Below, in pieces: positions 8,997 to 19,071 of a DNA stretch of 64,000 bases. How positions within the stretch are numbered: position 1 is the first letter of the stretch; each line of letters starts with the position of its first letter. The stretch is from Pseudomonadota bacterium. Its GTDB lineage: Bacteria > Pseudomonadota > Alphaproteobacteria > Rickettsiales > UBA6187. The notes beneath the pieces are model-generated. The model did no database searches. It was not told the DNA's origin and was given only the letters and a program-made list of their open reading frames with translations. The position numbers and the translations under genes are program-made. The stretch is taken from assembly GCA_027620075.1 (NCBI GenBank), contig JAQCEY010000001.1, positions 448,718 to 512,717 on the forward strand. The letters are read 5' to 3'.

Positions 8997-11306
8997 TTAC
9001 GCAGCCTTCTTGCCGTTATTATTATGCTTACCCTCATCACTAATTGAATTTACGGCTGCCAAAGCTGCCATATTCAATATTTCTGACACCGAAGCACCCA
9101 TCTGTACAATCTGAACAGGTTTTTCCAAACCTATAAGCATAGGTCCTATAACCGTTCCGCCGCCAAGCTCCTGCAACAATTTAGAGCTTATGTTGGCAGA
9201 ATGCAACGCAGGCATGATAAGTACGTTTGCAGGGCCTGATAACCTGCTAAACGGATACAACTTCATCAATTCAGGATTAAGGGCAACATCTGCCGCCATC
9301 TCGCCTTCATATTCAAAATCCACATCACAGCTATCAAGTATTTCAACCACTTCCCTCACCTCTGAAGAACGTGAACGCATCAGGTTACCGAACGTGGAAA
9401 AAGAAAGCATTGCAACACGTGGAACATGCCCCATCTTACGGGCTTCTTCCGCCGTCTGTATCGCAATATCGGCAAGTTCGTCAGGTGTAGGAAGCTCATT
9501 TACGGTAGTATCCGAAATAAACACCGTTTTACCCTTCGCTATCATCATTGAAAGCCCGAATACCATTTTACCCGGTTTTGCGTTAACAACCTTCAATATA
9601 TCGTCAAGCGAGTCATAATAATTACGGGTAAGACCGGTTATCATAGCATCGGCATCACCGCACTGTACCATACATGCGGCAAAAATATTCCTGTCATTTT
9701 TTACCATACGCACACAGTCCCTACGCAAATAACCTTCACGTCCAAGCCTGTTATACAGGAACTCTATATATTTTTCATTTTTATCGGTAACGGCAGCATT
9801 ATGTATTTCGATACCCTCAGGATCAATACTCATTTCAGCCATTTTCTTTAATATAAGGTTTTCCCTGCCCACAAGTTTTGCAGTTCCGTAACCCTGCCTT
9901 CTCCATATAGCGGCAGCCCTGATGACTTTTTCTTCTTCACCTTCAGAGAACACCACATTTCTCGGATTGGCGTGAAGCCTGTCCATAATAAGGTTAAGGC
10001 TGTTAGCAGTAGGGTTAAGCCTCGCACTTAACTGACGCTTATATTCTTCCATATCTTCAATAGGCTGTTTCGCCACACCGCTATCCATAGCAGCTTTAGC
10101 TACCGCAGGCGGAATAGTATATATAAGCCTAGGGTCAAACGGAACGGGGATAATATAACCCGGACCATATTGCATTTTTCTGCCCGAATATGCAACCGAC
10201 ACCTCATCTGGCACATGCTCTCTGGCAAGGTCTGCAAGAGCCTGCGCACAGGCAATTTTCATTTCTTCATTGATAGTAGTTGCACGCACGTCCAACGCAC
10301 CACGGAATATATACGGGAATCCCATAACGTTATTAACCTGATTAGGATAATCCGAGCGACCTGTCGCAACAATAGCATCACTTCTAACCTCGGCAACATC
10401 TTCCGGTGTTATTTCCGGATCAGGATTAGCCATAGCAAATATTATAGGCTTTTTAGCCATTGATTTTACCATGTCTTTAGTAACGGCATCTTTTACGGAT
10501 AGACCCAAGAATACGTCTGCCCCCTTCATGGCATCGGCAAGACTTCTTGCCTTTGTTTTAGCCGCATGTGCAGATTTCCACTGATTCATACCGTCTTCAC
10601 GCCCTTCATATATAACACCGCGTGAGTCACAAAGTATAACGTTGTTATGCTGCACTCCCATTGCTTTTACAAGTTCCACACAAGCAATTGAGGCAGCTCC
10701 CGCACCGTTTACTACTATCGTCATATCCTTGAACTTACGCCCGGTAACATGAGCCGCATTGATAAGACCTGCCGCCGTAATTATAGCAGTTCCATGCTGG
10801 TCGTCATGGAATATAGGAATATCCATAACTTCTTTTAACTTCTGCTCGATTATAAAGCATTCGGGGGCTTTGATATCTTCAAGATTTATCCCGCCCCATG
10901 TAGGTCCAAGATATTTTACCGCATTGATGAACTCTTCAGGGTCTTCGGTATCTACTTCTATATCTACCGAGTCAATATCGGCAAAACGCTTAAATAATAC
11001 GGCTTTTCCTTCCATTACAGGCTTTGATGCCAATGCACCCAGATTTCCGAGACCAAGAACCGCCGTCCCGTTCGATATAACGGCTACATAGTTTCCTTTT
11101 GCGGTATATTCATATGCCTTGCTTTCATCTTTTTGTATTTCAAGGCAGGGTACGGCAACTCCGGGAGAATATGCAAGCGACAAATCCCTCTGTGTCATAA
11201 GGGGTTTAGTTGGCAAAACGGCAACTTTACCGGGTTTTCCGTCTCTTTTATGGAAATATAATGCATCTTCATCCGTTATAGAAGTGCCTTTTTTCTTTTC
11301 AGACAT
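8997..11306 (-). CDS. maeB: NADP-dependent malic enzyme with C-terminal phosphotransacetylase-like domain
   Basis: 769 aa with an N-terminal malic enzyme domain (LSLAYSPGVA...NGTAVLGLGNLG) and a C-terminal PTA-like domain. Confidence 0.9.
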   Translation of the reverse strand: MSEKKKGTSITDEDALYFHKRDGKPGKVAVLPTKPLMTQRDLSLAYSPGVAVPCLEIQKDESKAYEYTAKGNYVAVISNGTAVLGLGNLGALASKPVMEGKAVLFKRFADIDSVDIEVDTEDPEEFINAVKYLGPTWGGINLEDIKAPECFIIEQKLKEVMDIPIFHDDQHGTAIITAAGLINAAHVTGRKFKDMTIVVNGAGAASIACVELVKAMGVQHNNVILCDSRGVIYEGREDGMNQWKSAHAAKTKARSLADAMKGADVFLGLSVKDAVTKDMVKSMAKKPIIFAMANPDPEITPEDVAEVRSDAIVATGRSDYPNQVNNVMGFPYIFRGALDVRATTINEEMKIACAQALADLAREHVPDEVSVAYSGRKMQYGPGYIIPVPFDPRLIYTIPPAVAKAAMDSGVAKQPIEDMEEYKRQLSARLNPTANSLNLIMDRLHANPRNVVFSEGEEEKVIRAAAIWRRQGYGTAKLVGRENLILKKMAEMSIDPEGIEIHNAAVTDKNEKYIEFLYNRLGREGYLRRDCVRMVKNDRNIFAACMVQCGDADAMITGLTRNYYDSLDDILKVVNAKPGKMVFGLSMMIAKGKTVFISDTTVNELPTPDELADIAIQTAEEARKMGHVPRVAMLSFSTFGNLMRSRSSEVREVVEILDSCDVDFEYEGEMAADVALNPELMKLYPFSRLSGPANVLIMPALHSANISSKLLQELGGGTVIGPMLIGLEKPVQIVQMGASVSEILNMAALAAVNSISDEGKHNNNGKKAA

Positions 11307-11406
11307 ATTTTATACCTTTGACCTTATTGCATGAATAAAATTGAGCAAATACTTATACATCACTCGGTATAATTAGTCAAAGAAACCTTATTGTGCGTTG
11401 CGGTAA

Positions 11407-11712
11407 TTATTGTTGCAGCAACTTTTTCTCAAATTCCTCATCGGCTATAACATATAACAGCTTCATCCGAGATTTCTCCCCTGACAGAAGCACCATATCG
11501 GATTTTGCAAGCTTCCATTCTTTAGATAAAAAGTTTATAAGCTCCTTATTTGCCTTATCATTTTCAGGCACGGCAGCCACCTTAATACGTAAGGCTTTAG
11601 TTGCAAAATCGGCATCAACTACCCCGCAAATTTGATTTTTTTGCGAGTTAGGCACTATTTTTAATTGAATTTTATATCCGTTGTTATATCTTTGGTAGTA
11701 CATGTTAATCAA
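11407..11712 (-). CDS. DUF167 (YggU-like) protein
   Basis: LKIVPNSQKNQICG...LRIKVAAVPENDKANKELINFLSK...VLLSGEKSRMK matches the YggU pattern. Confidence 0.7.
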   Translation of the reverse strand: MINMYYQRYNNGYKIQLKIVPNSQKNQICGVVDADFATKALRIKVAAVPENDKANKELINFLSKEWKLAKSDMVLLSGEKSRMKLLYVIADEEFEKKLLQQ

Positions 11713-11853
11713 TATATAGTATTGTTATAGAAAATAAACCGCCATTTAGTAATTTCCGAAGCAAAGTGCAAATAATGTTAGATTTAGTTAACAAATCGTG
11801 TTACAATCTTCGCAATCGGGACGGCATGCACCGCATGCAAAGGAGTATAATTA

Positions 11854-12564
11854 ATGTTTAAAAACATACCTCTAGCAGCAGCGATAGCCATATTAACCTA
11901 TACTACTAATATATCTAATGTAAAATCAGAAGATATGTCATACACCCAGAGGCAGGATTACCGCTTTGAACGCCAAAACTCAAGTCTTTGCAACAGATAT
12001 TTCCCTATATACGAACATAAAAACCACATGCCGAGTAACATGCTAAGAGCAATATCGGTTACCGAATCCGGCAAATGGTCAAAATTTTATCATAAAAAAG
12101 TAGCATGGCCATGGACAATCAACGTCGAAGGCAAAGGTTATTACTTTGACTCAAAAAGAGAGGCAATTGCTAAAGTCAAAAAACTGATTGCAAAGGGAAA
12201 AGAAAGCATAGATATCGGCTGTATGCAGATAAATTTAAAATACCACCCCGATGCCTTCACTAACTTAAATCAGGCATTTGAACCTCGCTATAATATAGAA
12301 TATGCCGCCAAGTTTCTGACTGAAAAATATGAAAAGAACGGTAACTGGGAAACCGCAATCAGGCATTATCACAATATGAACAGAGAGTATTCCGATAAAT
12401 ACATAGAACGTATATATGAATCATGGCGGACGGAAGACAAGGGAGTAAACCTTGCCAACCTCAATAAAAGACCTATGTATATCAAGGTAACGCCAATGGT
12501 TAAAAATAACGACCCTGAAGTTGCGGATATAACGCAAAGCGTTCTGGATAATTTTGTAAGATAA
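11854..12564 (+). CDS. Secreted lytic transglycosylase (SLT domain)
   Basis: Signal peptide, then AISVTESGKW...PWTINVEGKGYYF...DIGCMQINLKYH (catalytic Glu context). Confidence 0.75.
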   Translation: MFKNIPLAAAIAILTYTTNISNVKSEDMSYTQRQDYRFERQNSSLCNRYFPIYEHKNHMPSNMLRAISVTESGKWSKFYHKKVAWPWTINVEGKGYYFDSKREAIAKVKKLIAKGKESIDIGCMQINLKYHPDAFTNLNQAFEPRYNIEYAAKFLTEKYEKNGNWETAIRHYHNMNREYSDKYIERIYESWRTEDKGVNLANLNKRPMYIKVTPMVKNNDPEVADITQSVLDNFVR

Positions 12565-12685
12565 AAAGACATATACCGGCATCTTTTTTCTTGACTGCTT
12601 TAGTGCAATACTATATTTTACGCAATCTTTTTAAGATTAAGTTGTTATATTAACAAACAAAGAATAACTGTTAAGTAGGATAAAA

Positions 12686-12949
12686 ATGGCAAACCATACA
12701 GCTACAAAAAAGTCAATTCGTAAAACAGAACGTCGTACTGCGACTAACAGGAATATTAAAAACCGTGTTAGGACTTTTATTAAAAAAACCGAAAAACTCA
12801 TAGACGAAGGTGATAAGAAAACCGCTAATGAGTCTTTAAAGGTTACTCAGTCTGAAATGATGAAAGCTGTAGGCAAAGGTGTTTTCAAACTTAATACAAG
12901 TTCTAGGAAAATAAGCCGTCTTTGTGCCAGAATCAAAGCTTTAAGCTAA
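12686..12949 (+). CDS. rpsT: 30S ribosomal protein S20
   Basis: MANHTATKKSIRKTERRTATNRNIKNRVRT, the canonical S20 N-terminus. Confidence 0.95.
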   Translation: MANHTATKKSIRKTERRTATNRNIKNRVRTFIKKTEKLIDEGDKKTANESLKVTQSEMMKAVGKGVFKLNTSSRKISRLCARIKALS

Positions 12950-13063
12950 TTTTAAATATTATAGATTGCAAAATATTATAATATTTTGCTATAGTCACCC
13001 CAATACGTTTTTTAGCCATTTAGGCATTGTTAAATTCTTTTTACAGTAAATTAGCAAGGCGAC

Positions 13064-14290
13064 ATGAGAACAGTTGCAACCGGTGCCGAAGCAAAGTTAT
13101 TTGAAATAACCAGCAGTCTGAGAGCCTCCTCCGATGGCTATTACGCATTACATTATCATTTTTCCCGACTTCAGGAAGAATTCCGCAGCGACTACCAGAT
13201 AAAAATAGCCATAAATGTCTTGAGCGACCTGTTCAAAGGCTTGGATTCAGTCCTATTCCTATTAAAAGATTTCGATATTGTCGTTCTGTATAACGGAACT
13301 AACCGTGGTTTGCTTGAAAAAGCTATTTTCCAGTTGCGTTACCTTTTTATGGACGATGCGTTGGCTTATACTGATGACGGTTATGAGAACGAGGATTTTT
13401 GCTCCGTATATGACCTTGAGTTCCAGTGGCGGGATTTTTTCGTAAGCTGCAAAAGGAAGTTGGGAAAAGATATTGAGGAAGTTGAAAAAAAACAACAGCA
13501 ACAGACAAAAAATGTCATACAAACCCCTAAAGGCGGGCGTTCAAAGCTTCATATATTCTCTCCTTCGTATCTGGTACAGATAATCGACGAGCTAAAGAAC
13601 ATAGAAATAGGCTCGTGCCTTAGAAGCCAACCGGTTTGTGCCGTTTTAAGGGGGAAAGAACCTAAAGTAATATTTAAGGAAGTCTATACAAACATCAAAA
13701 ATCTGCAAAAGCTTTTGTCTTTGAATGTTGACCTGATGAGCAGCAAGACTCTTTTTAAATATCTTACAAAAATATTGGATAAAAAAGTTCTCAATGCACT
13801 AAAACAGCAGGAAATCTCTAACAAGAACCCTATAAGCATCAACCTTAATGTAAAAACCCTGTTTTCAGAAGAGTTTGCCGAATTTGACTCGCAGATAGCT
13901 CAAAAACATAAGTCCTCTATCATTATCGAGATACATATTGCGGATATTTTTGAGGATATACAAAAATTTTTAGTAGCACAAAAAGAATTGCAGAATTTGG
14001 GCTACCGTATATGCCTTGACGGATTAGATAGTGCAAGTTTCATGCAGATTGACAGAAAAAATCTAGGTTTTGACCTTGCAAAACTTAGCTGGAATCCTGA
14101 AATGGGTACAAAGACATCTAAGGATCAGAGCCTTATTGAAGCTATCAATAAATGCGGAAAGAACCGTATTATACTGTGTCATTGCAGCTCAAAGGAAGCT
14201 ATTGATTTCGGGAAGGAAGTGGGAATATCTTTATTTCAGGGACGCTATATTGACGCACTGACCAACCCCACTGCAAAGGTTATTAATTAA
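13064..14290 (+). CDS. Degenerate GGDEF-like / EAL-like domain protein
   Basis: The C-terminal half follows the EAL-domain layout (QPV...ISINLNV...IIIEI...LGYRICLDGLDSASF...KLSW...QGRYI) but the EAL, DDFG and EGVE catalytic motifs are replaced. The N-terminal half resembles GGDEF, with LKDFDIVVL at the GGDEF position. Confidence 0.6.
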   Translation: MRTVATGAEAKLFEITSSLRASSDGYYALHYHFSRLQEEFRSDYQIKIAINVLSDLFKGLDSVLFLLKDFDIVVLYNGTNRGLLEKAIFQLRYLFMDDALAYTDDGYENEDFCSVYDLEFQWRDFFVSCKRKLGKDIEEVEKKQQQQTKNVIQTPKGGRSKLHIFSPSYLVQIIDELKNIEIGSCLRSQPVCAVLRGKEPKVIFKEVYTNIKNLQKLLSLNVDLMSSKTLFKYLTKILDKKVLNALKQQEISNKNPISINLNVKTLFSEEFAEFDSQIAQKHKSSIIIEIHIADIFEDIQKFLVAQKELQNLGYRICLDGLDSASFMQIDRKNLGFDLAKLSWNPEMGTKTSKDQSLIEAINKCGKNRIILCHCSSKEAIDFGKEVGISLFQGRYIDALTNPTAKVIN

Positions 14291-14303
14291 TAAGTTATAA
14301 ATT

Positions 14304-15563
14304 TTACGAAATCATCTTCCTTAGCTTACCCAAATCTTTTTCAGATATAAGTATTTTCATTTTCATCACTTCTTCATCATTCTCTTCGGAAAGCACTTTG
14401 GAATTAGCATAAACCCATGATATAGCCTTACCGTTTTGGCAGGAAATAGTAACTTCCTCCTCCAAAAACTTCGCTGATAATTTTTCATCTATTTTTGCAA
14501 ACAGATTATCAATCCCCTCGCCTGTAACGGCGGAAACAGGCACGCTATCTTTTTTGTCCGATATATATTTTTTATTTTCATTATCCAGCAGGTCTATCTT
14601 GTTGGATATCTCTATCATGTTCTCTTGTATTTTTGCTTCTAAACCAAGGCTTTTAAGTACCTTGAGAACATCATTCTTTTGCTCGGTATTATCAGGGTTT
14701 GATATGTCCCTGACATGCAAAATAACATCGGCTTCAATCACCTCTTCCAAAGTAGCCCTGAATGCGGCTACCAACTGAGTAGGCAAATCAGAAATAAACC
14801 CAACCGTATCGGAAATAATTATTTTACGCCCCGACGGTAGCTTCAATATTCGCATAGTCGGGTCTAATGTAGCAAAAAGCTTATCCTCCGCCAACACGTT
14901 AGCACCGGTTATATTGTTAAATAAAGTTGACTTACCGGCATTGGTATATCCTACCAGAGCTACAATATCGTAAGGCACTTTTTTGCGTGATTGCCTTTGT
15001 ATATCACGGGTTTGCGCAACTTTTTTAATTCTCTTTTTTATCATTGCTATCCTGTCCCTGATAGCACGCCTGTCAGACTCTATCTGCTTTTCTCCGGGGC
15101 CGCCCATAAAGCCACCCCCGCCCCGTTGACGCTCAAGGTGAGTCCATGACCTTACCAACCTTGATTTCTGATACTCCTGTGCAGCCAGTTCAACCTGCAA
15201 CCTGCCTTCTTTAGTATTGGCACGCTCACCGAAAATCTCTAAAATTAAGGCCGTTCTATCTATTACTTTACACTTCAGAGCAACTTCCAAATTCCTTTGC
15301 TGAATAGGCGTAAGCTGTTCATTGAATATAAGCAAATCAATTTCATTTGTTTCTACAAACTCTGCATATTCCTCAACTTTTCCGCTTCCTATATATGTAG
15401 CAGGCACTTTTTTTTGCAAAGTAACAACTTCTGCCAACACAATATCCAGATCAATAGCAAGTGCCAGCCCTTTAGCTTCTTCAAGCTTGGCTTCAATGCT
15501 CCTTAGGTCTTTATGTTCCTGCGATTTAATACTTGGCTGTATTATTAATGTGCATTTATTCAT
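14304..15563 (-). CDS. hflX: GTPase HflX
   Basis: LVGYTNAGKSTLFN G1 motif, DTVGFI, and the HflX N-terminal domain (ALILEIFGERANTKEGRLQVELA). Confidence 0.9.
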   Translation of the reverse strand: MNKCTLIIQPSIKSQEHKDLRSIEAKLEEAKGLALAIDLDIVLAEVVTLQKKVPATYIGSGKVEEYAEFVETNEIDLLIFNEQLTPIQQRNLEVALKCKVIDRTALILEIFGERANTKEGRLQVELAAQEYQKSRLVRSWTHLERQRGGGGFMGGPGEKQIESDRRAIRDRIAMIKKRIKKVAQTRDIQRQSRKKVPYDIVALVGYTNAGKSTLFNNITGANVLAEDKLFATLDPTMRILKLPSGRKIIISDTVGFISDLPTQLVAAFRATLEEVIEADVILHVRDISNPDNTEQKNDVLKVLKSLGLEAKIQENMIEISNKIDLLDNENKKYISDKKDSVPVSAVTGEGIDNLFAKIDEKLSAKFLEEEVTISCQNGKAISWVYANSKVLSEENDEEVMKMKILISEKDLGKLRKMIS

Positions 15564-15717
15564 AAACGTGTTTGTACTTCATTTTCGCTAATTAAGCTAG
15601 AAAAGAAATATTCGGTTAAAGTTAATTTTTTATACAAAACTTTACACAGAGCAATAAAAACACTAACATTAAATAGTAGTTAATATTTTAATTAAATTAA
15701 AAAGCGGATATATCGGC

Positions 15718-16107
15718 ATGAAAGATTTATTTGGAAAAATTTTTAATAAGCAACAAAACATAGACGATTTATCAGTGGAGGCTCAATACACAAATGCAGA
15801 TTATGCCGATATCTCGACTATTGTAAATGATGCTAACGCTGATAATATCTCAACTATGGCAAATACCTCACAAAATGGAACTACCGAAGAAAGAAAAAGA
15901 CGAGTTAAATCCGCCCCTCTATACATACCCGGAATGCTTGACGATGAGTCACTAATTAGCGAAACATCTAAAATTTCTTTACCGGATGAAATAAAACCTG
16001 ATTCGGAAGCATTACTCAAAATTCATCAGCAACAAATGGAGTTCAGAGAACGAGAACAACAAAGAAAAGACAACAAAGTGGAGCAAACAGGAAGATCCGG
16101 AGTTTAA
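15718..16107 (+). CDS. Hypothetical low-complexity/disordered protein
   Basis: 129-aa ORF in a gap with no competing gene. No recognisable domain, so coding status is uncertain. Confidence 0.35.
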   Translation: MKDLFGKIFNKQQNIDDLSVEAQYTNADYADISTIVNDANADNISTMANTSQNGTTEERKRRVKSAPLYIPGMLDDESLISETSKISLPDEIKPDSEALLKIHQQQMEFREREQQRKDNKVEQTGRSGV

Positions 16108-16108
16108 T

Positions 16109-16774
16109 TTATCTGAACTTCTTCAATAGTTCTATCATTTCATTATGGTCTTTAAAGTGCATCTCCGGCTGATGGTTAGCGAACCTCTCCGAGCTTAAAT
16201 CCTGATCTCCGTAAAAAACGGGGATACACCCGCAATTATATGCACATTCCATATCGGTAATACTATCACCTACGAACCATACATCTCTACTTAGTTTTAT
16301 GCCGCTTCCCTCTAGTGCCATCAGCACAGGTTTGGGAGAGGGCTTATCCTCTTCAGCGTCCCTAGCCCCTACTACTTTTACAAAATATCTTTGCCAGCCT
16401 ATATGGTTCACTTCTTTGCGGAGGTTCTCACCTGTTTTATTACTGACCAAAGAAACATAGATATCAGTACCTACCAAATGTTTTAAAACTTCTTCAGCCC
16501 CTTCTAAAGGTGTAAGATTTTCAAGGTGGGAATTTTTAAAATGCATTAAATATTTCTCGCCTGCTTCTTGCCACCTGTCACCGAATATATCGGGGAACGC
16601 ATCACGCATTGAGCGGTGTACACGCATCTTTGTTTCTTCAAAGCTCCAAGGCTGATGCCCCATTTCAACAAAGGTTCTCTCCAATGCGTTATGTATTGTC
16701 GGCCATGTGTCCGCCAATGTGTTATCCCAATCAAATAATATAGCTTTAGGCTTAGGTAAATTCATATTAATCAC
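16109..16774 (-). CDS. HAD-superfamily hydrolase (phosphoglycolate phosphatase-like)
   Basis: ILFDWDNTL (DxD motif I), VSNK (motif II) and FVGDSITD (motif IV). Confidence 0.75.
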   Translation of the reverse strand: MINMNLPKPKAILFDWDNTLADTWPTIHNALERTFVEMGHQPWSFEETKMRVHRSMRDAFPDIFGDRWQEAGEKYLMHFKNSHLENLTPLEGAEEVLKHLVGTDIYVSLVSNKTGENLRKEVNHIGWQRYFVKVVGARDAEEDKPSPKPVLMALEGSGIKLSRDVWFVGDSITDMECAYNCGCIPVFYGDQDLSSERFANHQPEMHFKDHNEMIELLKKFR

Positions 16775-17628
16775 AACTGTTTGTTTATATATTCAGCATA
16801 TAGTTCTATAAGTCTTTGCGTAGTTTTTCCTACCTTTCCATCGCCCACCTTTTCACCGTCAATTTCGGTTATAGGCAAAATATGCTTTGTAGTAGAGGTT
16901 ATAAAAACTTCCGAAGCTTCCTTTAAGGTTTGAACGTTAAAAGATTCTTCTACAAAGATTATTCCGTTGTTACCGGCAACCGTCAACACTCCTTTGCGTG
17001 TTATACCGCCTAATATATTTTCATTGGCAGGGTGGGTAAATAAGCACCCCAGACTATCTATAATAAATACGTTCGTAGAACTTCCCTCTGTTACCTTACC
17101 GTCTTTTTCAAATAATATGGCTTCTTCAGCACCATGTTCCAACGCTTCTTGCTTTGCCAGTATATTAGGCAATAACGATATTGTTTTTAAATTACGCAGC
17201 TTCCAACGCAAGTCAGGTCTGGTTATAGCCTTAGCACCGCTTGCTATTACCTCTTTAGCCAAAGGTTTATATGGCGATAGCGTCATAGTTATAGAAGGTT
17301 TGACCGCAGGTTGCGGAAATTGATGCAGCCTTGGAGCAACGCCTCTTGTTATCTGTAAATATAATACCGCATCAACCATTGCGTTACTTTCCAGCAATTG
17401 CATTACAATAGCTTCAAGCTCATCTTTATTTACCGCAAAATCTATTCTTAAGCCCTGCAAAGATTTTTGCAGCCTTATACAGTGCAACTCCCAGTCAATA
17501 ATAATCCCGTTTTTTATGAGTGCTACCTCGTATACCCCATCAGAAAAAACATACCCTCTATCTTCGATATGCACTTTTGCGATATTGTGGTCTAAATATT
17601 GACCGTTAACATAACTTATTTTAGACAT
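16771..17628 (-). CDS. Class IV aminotransferase (D-amino-acid / branched-chain type)
   Basis: RGYVFSDGVYEV...LQITRG...EGSSTNVFII are fold-type IV PLP motifs. The likely start is MSKISYVNGQY at 17628. Confidence 0.75.
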   Translation of the reverse strand: MSKISYVNGQYLDHNIAKVHIEDRGYVFSDGVYEVALIKNGIIIDWELHCIRLQKSLQGLRIDFAVNKDELEAIVMQLLESNAMVDAVLYLQITRGVAPRLHQFPQPAVKPSITMTLSPYKPLAKEVIASGAKAITRPDLRWKLRNLKTISLLPNILAKQEALEHGAEEAILFEKDGKVTEGSSTNVFIIDSLGCLFTHPANENILGGITRKGVLTVAGNNGIIFVEESFNVQTLKEASEVFITSTTKHILPITEIDGEKVGDGKVGKTTQRLIELYAEYINKQL

Positions 17629-17691
17629 TTTTTTCCTTATACACAACGTAACCCTGAACTTGTTTCATCATTACCGGCACACCTATTTATT

Positions 17692-19071
17692 TTAAAAGAA
17701 CTCAAACTTAACCGAGAATATTTTCTCAACTTTACTTACCATATTGGCAAGGCTTAAAATAACTATCCTATCACCTACCTTTATAATAGTATCTTCATCG
17801 GGAACAATAGTCTCACCATTCCTTACCATAGTACCTATAACTATCCCATTGGGAAGTGCAAGGTCTTTTATTCTTTTTCCGACTACCGACGATGCCTCTA
17901 CAGCCTCCGCCTCAATAACCTCCGCTTTGCCTTTACATATGGAATGCACGGCAACTATACGCCCTTTCCTTATATGCTGTAAAATACTGGAAACAGTTAT
18001 CTCGCGAGGGTTGATAGCAACGTCTATTCCCAAAGAAGATGTAAGCGGCGAATATGAAGACGCATTATTTACCAACGTAACTACACGATGAGCACCGAAC
18101 CTTTTTGATAAAAGTGACGACAATATATTGACCTCATCATCATTTGAAACGGCTATAACGGTTTCAGCTAATGCCACATTAGCCTCTTCCAATATTTCCT
18201 GAGATAAGGCACTTCCGTTTATTACCGTGGTACGGTTAAGCCTGTCGGCAACCTGTTCTGCACGGTCTTTATCAACTTCAATAAGTTTTACTTTAACATC
18301 AGAATCTTCTTTTTCCAACTGCTCGGCAAGAAATAACCCCACATTACCGCCACCTATGATAGTAACCCTGCGTGCTTCCCTCTCCTCGTGACCGAACATT
18401 GCCATTACTTTTTGTACGTTCTTGGTATCGCAGGAAAAATAAAGCTCGTCCTCATCGAGCAACTCAAGCCCCTCACCCGTAACAAGAAAGCTCTCTCCCC
18501 GTAATATACCCAATATAGAAACATCAAATTCCGACACACGCTTTTGTATCCTTTCCACAGGCATATTTATCATCGGACAATCAACCGTGCATCTTATACC
18601 CACAACTTTTACCAAACCATCCACAAAAGGAATGGTATCTACGGCACCCGGTACATGCAGTCTGTTAACAATTGCATTGGCAACCTCTATTTCAGGCGAA
18701 ATGATAAAATCAATCGGCAGGTGGTCATGCCTGTATAACCTCATCCACTCCGGACGCAGATAATTCTGGTTCCTTATCCTTGCGATTTTTGTGGGAATAT
18801 TAAATAACGAGTGTGCTACCTGACATGCTACCATGTTTATTTCATCTGAAAGGGTCACCGCAATTATCATATCGGTATTTTCCGCTCCTACCTCCTCTAG
18901 TACCGTAGGGTGGGACGCAAAGCCAATCTTTGCCTTTACGTCTAAAGTATCATTTATCATCTGAATATGCTCAGCTGACTGATCTATAACGGTAACGTCG
19001 TTTCCTTCAATAGATAGCTGTCTTGCAATTGATGAGCCTACCTGACCGGCACCACAAACAATAATTCTCAT
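17692..19071 (-). CDS. trkA: Trk potassium uptake system NAD-binding protein TrkA
   Basis: MRIIVCGAGQVG and a second IIGGGNVG Rossmann repeat. The start overlaps the ntrX stop (TAATG). Confidence 0.9.
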   Translation of the reverse strand: MRIIVCGAGQVGSSIARQLSIEGNDVTVIDQSAEHIQMINDTLDVKAKIGFASHPTVLEEVGAENTDMIIAVTLSDEINMVACQVAHSLFNIPTKIARIRNQNYLRPEWMRLYRHDHLPIDFIISPEIEVANAIVNRLHVPGAVDTIPFVDGLVKVVGIRCTVDCPMINMPVERIQKRVSEFDVSILGILRGESFLVTGEGLELLDEDELYFSCDTKNVQKVMAMFGHEEREARRVTIIGGGNVGLFLAEQLEKEDSDVKVKLIEVDKDRAEQVADRLNRTTVINGSALSQEILEEANVALAETVIAVSNDDEVNILSSLLSKRFGAHRVVTLVNNASSYSPLTSSLGIDVAINPREITVSSILQHIRKGRIVAVHSICKGKAEVIEAEAVEASSVVGKRIKDLALPNGIVIGTMVRNGETIVPDEDTIIKVGDRIVILSLANMVSKVEKIFSVKFEFF

